Below are positions 1 through 12,878 of a stretch of DNA of 45,229 nt, in pieces (the first letter of the stretch is position 1; each line of letters starts with the position of its first letter). The notes below the pieces were generated by a model. That model was not told where the DNA came from. It saw only the letters and a program-made list of their open reading frames with translations, and ran no database searches. The position numbers and the translations under genes are program-made. The stretch spans positions 35,763-80,991 of the forward strand of contig RHPI01003053.1 in the NCBI GenBank assembly GCA_009103225.1, given 5' to 3'. This DNA comes from Chlorokybus atmophyticus (taxonomy: Eukaryota > Plantae > Mesostigma and Chlorokybus algae).

Positions 1-593
1 GAGCAGCCGCTGGTCCGGCGGTTAGGCCACGCAGGCTATACAAGCTGGCGTGGTCTACTTTGCGTGGCAAGGCCACCTTGCCGTGACGCCTACACGCCAC
101 CAGGCTAACACAACTAGGCCAAGCGCTTGGCCTGGTGCGCCGGCCTGGCTGCGCCCAGCTTGCCACCAGACCAGGCCCAGCCACTCAGGCCAATGACTGG
201 CCTGGTACGAGCAATTTGCATTGACGGCAATGTCGCCCTTGATCATTCATGGGCACTTGTACAACATCAACGGCCGTACAGGATCATCATGGTACATGCC
301 TCCTGTCATTTAAAGGATGTAAGCATTTATGGCATACAGTGCACATTCATGGCATATGCGCCGTGAATGTGCTGTTTGTTATCTGCACTCTGTAACGGCA
401 ATGAGCATTTGGTTTACGGTAGGTGTATGTTATAAATTCGTTTCGGCATGGGGCAGACTGCACGCTTGGTCGTTAAAGTTCATGCCCATAGCACGAGAAT
501 CAACAAATTTCGGCCAACGTCAATAAGCATTCATGCCGTTTAGCGTGAATTTTCAGTTTTTCGCGGGTCTCATCAACACCAGCGACGCAAACA

Positions 594-832
594 TATGACT
601 TGCAAACAATATGGTATATATACTATCTGTTTGTATACATACTGATAGTGTACATATGCATTATTTCAAGAGCGTGATACATGTATATGCTTGAAATGCT
701 GGTAAAATTCTCTTTACATGGGCCATTGTGGCATAATTGTTGCTTATCTTATGGGCCGCGTCACCCTGCTGCCGCCTTTGCAGCTGGCCTGCCGGCACCA
801 CTATAGGTTACGCTACAGAGTACGACCAATAG
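594..832 (+). repeat. Unique-looking flank duplicated at ~27505-27749, directly upstream of an LTR in both places
   Basis: catatg..tgcaa..caatatggta..tactat..ttgtatacatactgatagtgtac..agcgtgatacatgtatatgctt..gccggcaccacta..gaccaatag aligns by eye between the two loci. Confidence 0.85.
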
Positions 833-3040
833 TATCATGCCCATTGTCCTCGCATGCCAGCCTTCATCGAGCATGCTTACGTCAAGACCCTTCCCTGGCC
901 TACCAGCATACCGACCTGCGCGCGTCACTGCTCAGTGGCTAGGTCATGACTCGAAACTAGCTCATAACCATAGACTACATAGGCACCGCGCGTAGCTGTT
1001 CAGTTGTGAGGTTGGTTATAAGCTGTGTTCTATATCAAGTAGGAGGTGTTCGCGGGAATAGCCTTAATATGACTATTGGCTTATGTTTAAGACAATTATA
1101 ATGACTTGTATACGTAGTCGCAGTGTTTACCAAACCAGCTGGTGACACTGTGAGTGAGAAACTTGAGAGAGCTAAGAAAGCTAAGTTCTTGTGAAGCGAT
1201 TTGAACTACGAACACGCCGTCCTGGTTTCCAAGAATCCCCTCACCGTGTGAGAGCCTGTGCATGCTCTTGTGCACTGTGCTTGTCATTGTTGTGAATCTT
1301 GGTGTGCTTGGTTGCGGTGTGCTTATTGGCATTAGTCAGGGTATAGCATCCACATGTTGCTTGCTCATTCACCTCAGGTAACAGACAAACCAGATGTTTT
1401 CACTCATGCAAAGAACTGTGTAAACAGCGCTACCTATAGCAGTGGCTTGTTGACTCACAGTATCACCCTCTTTGCTCAAATAAGTGTGGTTGCATTCTGT
1501 GCATCAGATGTGCAGCTTAAAATTGGATACATTATAGTGAATTGTTATCATCGCATAGTGCGCACAAGCACTAGTGTGTTGAGTGGTAGCAGCATTACGA
1601 GAGCTTGATATAGCACGAACACTCTACCCTTCATACACTTCCACTAACGCATCAGCTATCAGTAGGCCCTCCCCATTCTCGCCAATAGAGGGGAACCTCA
1701 GCTGCTGAAGCCCAACCTCCAACCTTACCTACGCGCGAGCAAGTGAAGGAAGTGGTTACCATAGCAGCACAGACGCATGCCCCGTCTCCGGTTCCACCTC
1801 CTTCCACTTTTCTCCTCATCAGCGAACCTCTCACCCTCGTTTGAATGGTGACGACGACAAGATAGAGCCTTTCAGCCCAAACAACTCCCTGCGCTCCTCC
1901 GGGCGCCATGGCACCACATTATTTGCAAGTTCATCATCAGGTTCCACTCTAAGATGCGGCAGCAAGCCCTGAGTAAAGATTGAACGCATAAGGTGTCATT
2001 TCATGTGTCGATGCGATATCTCGATCATGAAGCACATGATGTGCGGGAGTCCGTTGCTAAATTGCACTAAATCAATGCCTACGGCGAGCTGGCCTGCACC
2101 ATAGCCTCCACATCACCAAACAGCCCAGCAGCTATGGCCCCTGCAGCAGCGGCCCCAGTCACCGGTCTCACTTTAGCCACAGCTATGGGAAAGGCAGAAA
2201 ATGAAGAGGCTGAGATGGTGGTGACCGTAACTCTTGCAAAGGTTGAGGCTAAGAAGGCCAATCATCAGGGTGCTTAACCATACCGCTGCCATATTAGGGA
2301 GCAGCAAGAGGAGCAATAACTTGCAGCGCTGGAGATGGGTACACCTCCGCTACCAACACCGGGCTCACATGTTCTGTTAGGAGGCAGTGTCTTCACCCTC
2401 GGGTTCAGTGGCATTGCGCGCACCAGCTCTCACGGTGGGCGCCGCCATGTCAGACTCTCCCCTCAAGGACCTCTACGCTGCAATGCGGCGCACCTTCCCA
2501 TTTCAAACCGACAGTATGGTGGAGGAGTTGAGGCGCTTTCGATGGAAGCCCAACGAGGACCTCCTCTGGCTGTATTCATGGCTGGAGGGATTGTCTAAGG
2601 ATACTGACTACCAGATCGTTAGTGAGGAAGCGGCAACAGTGGCGTACGTGGCCTAGTAGAACCCCACCTTGAGTGAGTCGACGCGCCTGATGCTGAATTA
2701 CAGCAGGCCCCTTGGCTACACCCTCAACAAAGCTTTCAAGACTGCACAAGCCATTCACCAACGCGCGGTGTATAAGCAAGCAGTGCTGGACACCTGTCTA
2801 CGTGTCACGACCCATGGCAAGCACGAGTGTAGAGCCCCCTCGGCAAGCCGCAGGCGGGAGACTCCCGGCACCGCAACAAGGATAGACGATCAGCTCATGC
2901 TGCCATTGTTGCTCCCTTGCTGTGCCATTGGTGTGGTCGGCATGGGCACTACTAGAAGAAGTGCACCGAAGAAACTACGGCAACCTGGTATGCGACTATT
3001 GTCACAAGGTGGGACACCACTGGTAGAAATGGCCCCCCAA
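833..3040 (+). mobile_element. Decayed 5' part (LTR, leader, gag) of the DNMT-Gypsy family
   Basis: Colinear with 36602-38840. Starts tatcatgcc versus tgtcatgcc. Fragments GSVALRAPALTVGAAMSDSPLKDLYAAMRRTFP and SESTRLMLNYSRPLGYTLNKAFKTAQAIH match the 37464 ORF. Many stops and frameshifts; similarity ends in the zinc-knuckle region near 3030. Confidence 0.92.
1664..3040 (+). pseudogene. Disrupted gag of the DNMT-Gypsy family
   Basis: ORF pieces 2387-2656 and 2669-3130 are homologous to aa ~250-450 of the 37464-43664 protein. Confidence 0.88.
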
Positions 3041-5704
3041 CAGTTCGGCCTTGCCCACAACTTAAAATGGAGATCAATTTATAACTTAATTAGGGATCCA
3101 TGTAAGCAACATATCGATGTTTGCACTTGATCCTGTTGCAGCCACAATTTAGTTTAGTATCTAGCTGCCATTAAGGAAAAGTAGTTGGTGTGCATTAAGC
3201 TTGATATCCGTCTTTTCTTGAATTCATAATGGCCACATCCTATACTTATTTTTGGTTAGATCAAATATTAAGGGGATTAATCTTAATGCGTGATCTAACC
3301 AAAAATGTTATGGCCGCAGTTCGCGGCTAAAAACCAAAAAGTCGTAACGCAGGGGAGCTCGCAGCTCCATCGCCGAGGAGCGAACCTGCACGGACGAACT
3401 TGCCAGAATCATAAAGAGCAACCTACAACCCAAGCACTGACCGACTAGACTACGACGGCACGGACACTTCATACCGTGTGGGTAAAAGTTATATCCTTTA
3501 CAGCGGCTGCTCAATTGTCTCACGTGCCGCAACGCATGCATGCCAAATGTATTGCATTCATGTATTACCGGTACGCAATGCATGTACCAACACCTGCATA
3601 CAATAGCACTAGGCTACCCTAATCGGTAAACAACTGACAGGTGTATATATATATGTATGTAAACATGTATTATTGTCAGAATTATCAAATATGTATACAC
3701 AACAACATGATAAGGGACATGTTTTATGTATATATGTACACATATACATGTATGTATATACATAATCATGCGTCCTAAACCAATATAGACACCTAGGTTA
3801 ACAGCTAGGCACCGGTAGGTGTCTTTAGATAAGTTATCCGCTTGCGGGTGGCCTAGAGACCCAAACCTAGCTTAGCGGCGCCAAGTGTCCAACTACATCG
3901 TTGATTATAGGGCAAGCTGTTGCCATAAACTCCCTTTGTCACCTACCAAGTCGTGCCGGTGCGTTTTTATTGATGGAGTGGCTGCGTGATCATCAATACC
4001 ATTCTTAAGGTAGGCCGCGAGCACGCGAGTACTTAAACCGGCGATGTATTGATGATCAGGCTGCAAAAGATTGAGACAATTGTACTATTGCGGTGTAGCG
4101 ACCGACGTTATAGCTTTATAGTGGTAAGATCCATGCGTCATTGACGGAATCAGTGAAGCACGTGACAAAGATTCGCACCGGCTATCTTTCCAACCCATAG
4201 CGTTAGCGTGCATGGTTGATTCACGGCGTGTGTGAATGCTTGTAGCATCTGCATTTGGGGAGCAACCTTCCGTGTGCCAACTATGTTCGTGGAAATCAAT
4301 GCGGTGAGGTAGGTGCTCCTTCCGCAAAGTTACATCGAATTAGGCCTAGGCCTAAGTTGGGATTCGAAAGGTAGCGACAAAGGTATAAACATTTATCACT
4401 ACCTAGGTACCGAGGCTTTAGGGGTTCCGACTCCTCATGCGGTGATGGGAAGCCGCGAAGGACGGTTAGCGTACGACAAGTCAATTAGGTCAGAACATAA
4501 CAATTACTCATAGCTGAATCTATTCGGAGAAAGAAAACCCCTAAGACTTTATGCGAGTAGGATTAAGCGAAGGCGCTATAATCATAAGTACCCCCGCCGA
4601 GCAAACAGTCGCGAAAATCTTAAAGGCATGGACTAGCTTTTTAGCAGCGCACGCTAGCACCTACTTGGCGCGCGTCCCATAGCCGCAAGAGGATTTAGCC
4701 ATTTGAAAAGATATGCGGATTCCTGGATACGCAAATACACGCCTAAATGTCGGATTCAACCTAAGCGAGGTTGGGGAGAGAATTGGAAGTTGAGTAGGGT
4801 TCTTTATCTCCCTTGCCGCCGGCACTCTCTGGTGGCGACGCGCCTCCCCGCACTTAGGAATGTTGAGGGCGTAACCCTTTCTCAAAGTTTCAAGTGATAG
4901 TTCACTAAGTGAATGAAGTGAACCAACAAGTTGAATCAGTCAGTGAAGCATTGGCCGAAGTCGCGAAGGCGCGAATTCCGAGAATTGCGAAGTGTACACG
5001 CTTTGCTTGTGAATGAAATTGCGCTAAGTCCGTGTGTAGATAACTAAGGTCGGCTTCACTGAGTGAAGCACTTAAATCAAGGCAAAACGCCTCCGTTACA
5101 GTCGCACACCAGCACGATGTCGCTACCGCCGCCGCTGTCGCCGCCAACAATTTTGCACGCCTCACAAGGACTCAGGGTTAATACGGCTATGGCGGACGTT
5201 GAACAATTGTGAAAGTGATGGCGATCACAGCCTATGACTTAAATTCGATGGCAGTCAACAGCAGCCTGCAAACAATGGTTATCGGTGATCAACTTGCCTG
5301 CCTCAAGGGTCCGAGCGCAATCCGATTGCGCACGGGCCCTTGGGAGGGCCTCTCAAAACAACGAGGAATGGACTTCCCTAAAGTCTTGTACAAACACGAA
5401 TCAAGCAGCACATGCACGTACGCTGCCATGAGCAGGTACTGTATGTAGGTGGTTAATTTTTATTTGTATGATTGTTGCAGCAACCATTTGTGTGCTGCAT
5501 CTCCCGTGAAGCGTTGAACAATGTTGTTGCGAACGCGCACAAAGTGCGATGTACGCGTGAAGTGGGTGACATGCATGCCACCAGCTGCTAGGATCATGGT
5601 TTTTGTCTTTGTAAATGAGCGTTCAGGTGTTGTTGCCGGAGGTAAAGCCGGGCGAGATGTTAGGGGGGTCAGCGGCGATGTCAGTGATAGTGGTGCGATC
5701 GCAA

Positions 5705-5727
5705 GGGGGGGGGGGGGGGGGGGGGGN
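5705..5727. repeat. Poly-G run ending in N (assembly join)
   Basis: 22 G followed by N at 5727. Confidence 0.95.
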
Positions 5728-6975
5728 CAGTAGAGACTGTGACTTGCAGTGGTTAATTGGCGGGCAGCGTGTGCAGGAGACCGGTGGCATCATCGACCAC
5801 GCCCTCCACGTGCGCAAGCGACCACTGCCCCACACTCATCTCCGTACACACCATGCGCCCCACTAGCGCCTGCAAGCCACCCAGTTGCCCGCAATGCAAC
5901 GATGTAGTCACTGCCCGAAAAGGCTAACTATGCATGCATGCCAATTTCGGTATCAAAGAGTACTGCGAGGTGTTGAAGGCGGTAGCTGCGCACGCCTCTT
6001 CCGCCAGCCGCACTAGTACTGTAAAGTACCGTACAGGCTGTAACGCCGGGCATAATAAAAAGTTTTGCTGAACTCGGCTCTCAATTCCCCTCGCAGCTTG
6101 TCTCAGCACACTCATGGCGTCATGGGTGAGTGCAAACGGCCTCGGATGACCGCGAACTGTTGTTAGTAGTGGTCATCATGTGCACATGCTGCCCCTAATG
6201 TGCTGGTATGATGCTGTTGAAAGTATTGAACGTATCCCTGATCCGTGGCATTTGTATGCAGGTCAAACAGTCCACACCTGGTACAATGCAAGTGGCAGTG
6301 AAGAGTATGGAAATGCGTATGGTCCGAATGGTCACTTCAGTGGCAAACCCTCTGATTACAGTACGTACCTTGCATGCTTTATAGTTATCTGCACGCACGA
6401 ACGTACTCGAACGCTGAAATTGCTGCAGCAGTCAATGATATGTGCATGTTCTGCAGTGATCAAGCACTTGTTCGATGTGGATTCGTTTGAACAACACCTT
6501 CCGGAGCTTGAGTTGGAAGAATCTGTCAAGAACAAGTACGTAGCGAAAGACAAGTACGCTGGGGTTGCACACCATCCCGCCGATGTTGATGCTAACAAGG
6601 AAGGTGCTCGTGGCGATGAGTGATCAGCATTTTCTGCTTCAAGCATACGTGAATAATGTGTTAAGCACAATGTAGTGCATGTTGTAGCGTGCTAGGTGGG
6701 GATCTTCCTTACGAAATAGATATCGGAAGATAGTACTGTGAAACCTTCGCGCAGCAGCTGTAACACCCTTGTACATATACACATGCATCCCACCCATACT
6801 TGCAGACATAGCTTTCAACACGGCTTTGCCAAGACTCCCACTCAGTTTGTAGTTGAATTGACTGTGTGTATATTGCTACTCTAACACGTGTGTCTCACCG
6901 ATGCATGCCTCAACCGGCATGATATATGTGCATGGCACTTTGGTCTGCGTGCACATGTATCTTTGTGCATGCATG

Positions 6976-8364
<1,389 letters not shown>

Positions 8365-9986
8365 GTTTCTTGACAATGCAAAAGACTAGCGCTCGGTGCA
8401 GCTCTCATGCAGCGAGCTCACCTGGCACAGATTGATTGGTACAGATGCACTCCTTGTGGTTGCGCATCCAATGCAACAATCGAATGAGAGATTTCAGGGA
8501 AATCACAGCTAACCAATCCTGTTGGAATACAATTATTGTCAAAGGATTCCGTGCAAGCTTGTGCACTGCATTGTTCCAGGCTACATGAACAGAGCCAACT
8601 AATCGATGACACTCAATGCCAGTGTCTGTCAATGCTATAGGTTATGGTATCTTTGACGAGTTCATAGCACAAAGTCTACTGGTGCACGCAGACACTGGGG
8701 AAAGCAAGCCGATTTGCCGCCATTGAAAGACAAAGCATGCATGCAACTAACACTAAGCTTGCTGGCAACACCTACGCACGTGCTAACCCATGCCTTAGCC
8801 TTCAGTAGTCAACTATAACTAGTAACTGCAAAAAACAGCAAGCAACATGATCACTTAGGAAGCAAAGCGTCAACAACGAAGCCAGCACAAGCACTCTAAC
8901 AACTAACGTTAAAGTGCTACAACTAGTTGAGTAGCAAGCAACTTCCAACAAGGGCAGCAGCAAGCATACAGTTGTCACCAACAGAAATTTTAGCTTTGTG
9001 ACAACGCTACTGCGCCATCAGTACATATGGCTATGTGCTACAGCAAGCAATTCTCATCCAAGGTGGTTGAGAACTGCTAGCTGCTTAGCTATATAAAAAT
9101 TCTTCCAGCTGTATGCATACAGCTGGAAGCATACTGCATGCAGCTTGGTTGAGCTGAAAGCATACAGGCACCAATGAACAAACCTAGCAAGCAATCTTTG
9201 TTTCTATTTGAGCACGCAACAGATCTTTGATTACAAGTTTAAGGCAAGAGAACTAGCGTACATGATACCTACCTGGTCAAACAGACAAACTACACAGCAC
9301 GACTGTTGCTAAGATGCCTAGCAGGCAGCAACTATGACATCCACGCAAGCCACTGAGGGGAAAGAGATCGAGCCAGAGACTGCGCAATGAACGGAATTAC
9401 CTCTTCATGAGAGCATGAACCGCTGGAAGTCCTGCTCCCTCCTATCTTCCTTGAGTGGAGTGATAAGAACTGCCACTCACTCCTCCCAAGCACGAACAGT
9501 CAGGGCCTGGAGAAACTTGGCCTTGAGAACACTCGCTGGGGGGAGGCGTGGCCGTAGCAAAGAGAGCGCCGAAAACACCAAAGGCACCACGGTGCCTGAG
9601 GGCGCACTGCTCCCGATACCTGTGACAGATGGCCCGGGAGGGACGCTGTGCTCACCCCGAACAATATTGAAGGAATTGAGAGATCAACAGTCACCCCGAA
9701 AGAGGTAAAGAGAACGGCGACCCAAGCCCACAGAGCTGAGGCAGCCGGGCATTGCACAAAGATACGCAAGGTGGTGTCCACCGTCCCCGAGCCACAAGTC
9801 ATATGCGAAGGGACAGCGTCTAGGTTCTGCAAGCGTTTGCCCGTGTTGAGGGCGTCGTGGGCACTGCCTTTGAATGAGCCACAAGAGACTGCATTGCTTG
9901 CCAGCAATGGAGAGTTTGTGCAGGGTCTTCCAGATGTGCGGCCCAGGAAGCGGGCTGGAGAAAAGCCCAGCGTTTCAAACCACGCA

Positions 9987-10564
9987 TGTCACGCGGGATC
10001 AAATACACATAAATAAAATCGTATGTCATTGACGCCTCTCCGCATTGTAGGGCCTTTGCTACGATGACATAGTGGTTGTTACATGGGAATCAAAGCTTAG
10101 GGTATGGGTTCAAATCTCACTGCATGCGGATGGGTGAGAAAGGCGACCATACTTGATGTTTTCGGCCATTAAGTCGAAGCCCGGGTCGCACCACGCGCGG
10201 CTGCGCGCTGAGTCATGTGGCCTTTGTACCTTGCTTACATTGGTATCCAAAGCTTAGGGTATGGGTTCAAATCTCACTGCATGCGGATGGGTGAGAAAGG
10301 CGACCATACTTGATGTTCGGCCATTAATCGTCGAAGCTCGGGTCGCACCACGCGCGGCTGCGCGTTAAACCACGTGGCCTTTGTACCTTGCCGATACAGG
10401 CCCTGTTGGGCGCAACTTCTGTACACGGGACGCGGACAGGTCGCCGCGGGTTAACGCCGGAAGGAATGTCACGCGATACCAAATATAATTAGATAAAAAT
10501 AATAAACCCTTGACGCCTCTCTTCATCGTAGTGCTTTTGCTATAATAATCTAGTGGCTGTTACA
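9987..10564 (+). mobile_element. TRIM-like non-autonomous LTR element (~578 bp)
   Basis: Two ~97-bp diverged direct repeats TGTCACGCG...TAGTGGYTGTTACA (9987-10083, 10467-10564). Met-type PBS-like tgggaatcaaagc (10084) and tggtatccaaagc (10241). Purine tract ggaaggaa 10459-10466. Flanks acgca/tcgca (4/5 TSD). No coding capacity. Confidence 0.8.
10084..10391 (+). repeat. Tandem duplication (~157-bp unit, 2 copies) inside the TRIM
   Basis: aaagcttagggtatgggttcaaatctcactgcatgcggatgggtgagaaaggcgaccatacttgatgtt...gtggcctttgtaccttgc occurs twice. Confidence 0.95.
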
Positions 10565-10743
10565 TCGCACCAATTGCACAGCAGGGCGCGTGAGAAGATG
10601 GTAGTCGAGGCGGGAGTAGTTCCACAGCTGATGGGGTGACTCTCCGAAGCTTCTCTGGCCAGCAAGCCGAGCCATAGTCGCAATGCAGCTCCCAAAGCAA
10701 CAGAACTACAAGGGGCATTCAAGTCATTAGAGTAGAGGTGCTA

Positions 10744-10990
10744 GGTGGACACCTGGAGGTAGCGGATACAGGCCAATTGGTGCTTCAAAGTACGACGGGA
10801 GAAGGTGTGTACATGGTGGAGCTGAAGGAGGTCTTTCATGTTCCGGGTGCACATGCTAGCCTCTTCTCCACGACGGTCGCATAAAAGACTAAAGCCACAC
10901 TGTTCAGAGAAGGAAAAGAACTTCGTCTTGATATTGATGATAAAATCTGTCTCATCGCGAGAGAACAGCAAGGAGGGGCTACTTGATACA
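10744..10990 (+). pseudogene. Ty1/Copia protease C-terminal fragment
   Basis: Reads GGHLEVADTGQLVLQSTTGEGVYMVELKEVFHVPGAHASLFSTTVA*KTKATLFREGKELRL, parallel to the Copia protease at 29800-30080 (LTDVLYVQGASASLFS). Confidence 0.65.
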
Positions 10991-11034
10991 AGATGCAGAG
11001 ACTAACGAGGCACCGATGGGGATAGTCCCAAAGT

Positions 11035-12208
11035 CGGATGAACAAGAAGGAGCGGGTGGTGTCATACACCAGCTGGAGCAATAACAGCGCCGAGGCCAAC
11101 TACAACAGCTACGAGGGCGAGTGTCTTGCTGCAATGTGGGCCATCTCCTTCTTCCGGCCCTTCCTCTTCGGCCGACGATTTCAAGTGATCACTGACTATC
11201 AGCCACTCAAGTGGTTGATGACCAACAAGCACTTGACAGGCAAACTTGCCCAAAGGGCACTGTTCTTACAACAATATGACTTTGAGATCGATGATCGCGC
11301 AGGCCTCACCAATTAAGAAGCCAATGGGCTCAGTCGTACCCCCACCTCAGCACCAACCAACGACGCAACCGGAGCTCGACACGAGCTCTATAATTGCAGC
11401 CCCTACAATGGCTACCATGTTCGCTTCCAACGCGCTGCGCTCGGGGCGCAAGACCAACACCGCTGCTACAGTCAATGCAGAGGAGATGCATGCCCTTGAG
11501 CCAACCAGACCTGCAGCAAACGCGGAAGACACTTGCGTCATCGACGCCAAGATCAATGACACAGAGCTGGCACCCACCGATATCAATAAATATTAATATG
11601 GCTGAACAATCTATCCCTCTTTTTCCTACAGAGTGGCCAGCTCCCCGCCGGCATGCGCGCGAGAAGGACCGCGTTAACCAACACACGCAGCAATTCCGAT
11701 GGGCAGATGATAAGCTGTATCGTCGTCTTCATGGTGAAAACGAAGAAGTGCCCACACAAGCCACACGTGAGGGCAACATCATCATCGCTGCCCTCCACAC
11801 CGAGTTGGGACATTTCGATGTCAAATGGATAGTCAACCTGGTGCGAGCATATTGGTGGCATTGGTTGTACAAGCAAGTGCAGGAATTCGTGAGCCACTGC
11901 CAACAGTGTGACATGGTGCGCGCCAGCCTCAACACACGCAGTGCCACTCTGCACTCTCTCCCCATCTCCGGCCTCTTCTATCAATGGGGGCTCGACATGT
12001 TGGGAGACTTGTCACCTTCAGCACGCGGCAACCGTTACATCCTTTGGATGATTGAGCACTGCTCTAAATGGGTGGAGCTGGTGCCACTGCTTGACAAAAG
12101 CAGTAAGGGGGTGTCTCAAGCCTTCATCTCTCACGTCCTCAGCCGGTTTGGCAGCTACGCTGAGGTCATCACCGACCAAGGCACTGAGTTCAGAGGGGAG
12201 TTCCATAC
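11035..12208 (+). pseudogene. Older DNMT-Gypsy-family copy: RNase H end, linker, integrase Zn-binding domain and N-half of core
   Basis: NKKERVVSYTSWSNNSAEANYNSYEGECLAAMWAISFFRPFLFGRRFQVITDYQPLKWL nearly matches 44540-44760. Continues LHTELGHF..CQQC..WGLDMLG..MIEHCSKWVE..VITDQGTEFRGEFH, then is cut by an LTR at 12209. Confidence 0.93.
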
Positions 12209-12878
12209 TGTAACGATGCTCGTGCTCACATACGCAGCACACAAGTCATACAACACATGTGTGCAGCTGAGCACAGTCTTCACACCGCAACCTTGCCTTC
12301 TCCCGCGCACGCACGCATGTGTCGAGCACGCACACGCACATGAACACTACTACTTCCCACGCCAAGCAAGAACGCAGCACTGTGCCTTGGATCACGCCTC
12401 TCTCAAGCAGACACCAGCATACTCACAGCAGAGAGCAGAAAAGTTGGTTGTATTCCACAGGGTTTCTATTTATACAAGCACAACAACCAAGCAGCCTAAT
12501 AACCAAGCGTTTCGTCGATAACCTACCAGATTTAATGGACCTGTATAAGTGCAGTCTGCTACCCCGCGCGTCGGAGTATTTTTCACGCGGCAGCTGATTG
12601 GGCAGTCCGCGTCGCAAGGTACTGCGCAGCGGTAGCTGATTATGCAATATGCGTCACATGGCAGGTACCGTGCAGTCTGGTCAGCTGCGTCACCGCTGCC
12701 TCAGTAGGTCACGTCGCAGGCAGCTACCGGGCTGATCGCAGGCGAGGACACGCGCGGCAGCAGAGCACCGCCTGTACAGCTTGTAAAAGCCCTTCATAAA
12801 GCCTTAATAAAGCCAGAAAAGAGGCAAAACACATATTGTACATGTAGTAAATTATGGAGAAAGGTCCAAGTTGTTACA
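12209..12878 (-). repeat. 3' LTR of chromovirus (670 bp)
   Basis: About 94% identical to 17705-18379 by manual count (roughly 37 substitutions and 3 indels). Confidence 0.96.

Larger units (their letters stand above)
9400..10730 (-). mobile_element. Non-LTR (L1-like LINE) ORF2 C-terminal remnant, interrupted by the TRIM
   Basis: Across frameshifts the minus strand reads WFETLGFSP..HIWKTLHKLSIAGKQCSLLWLI..HDALNTGKRL..TCGSGTVDTTLRIFVQCPAASALWAWV..WCLWCFRRSL, resembling the zf-RVT region. Boundaries are approximate. Confidence 0.7.
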
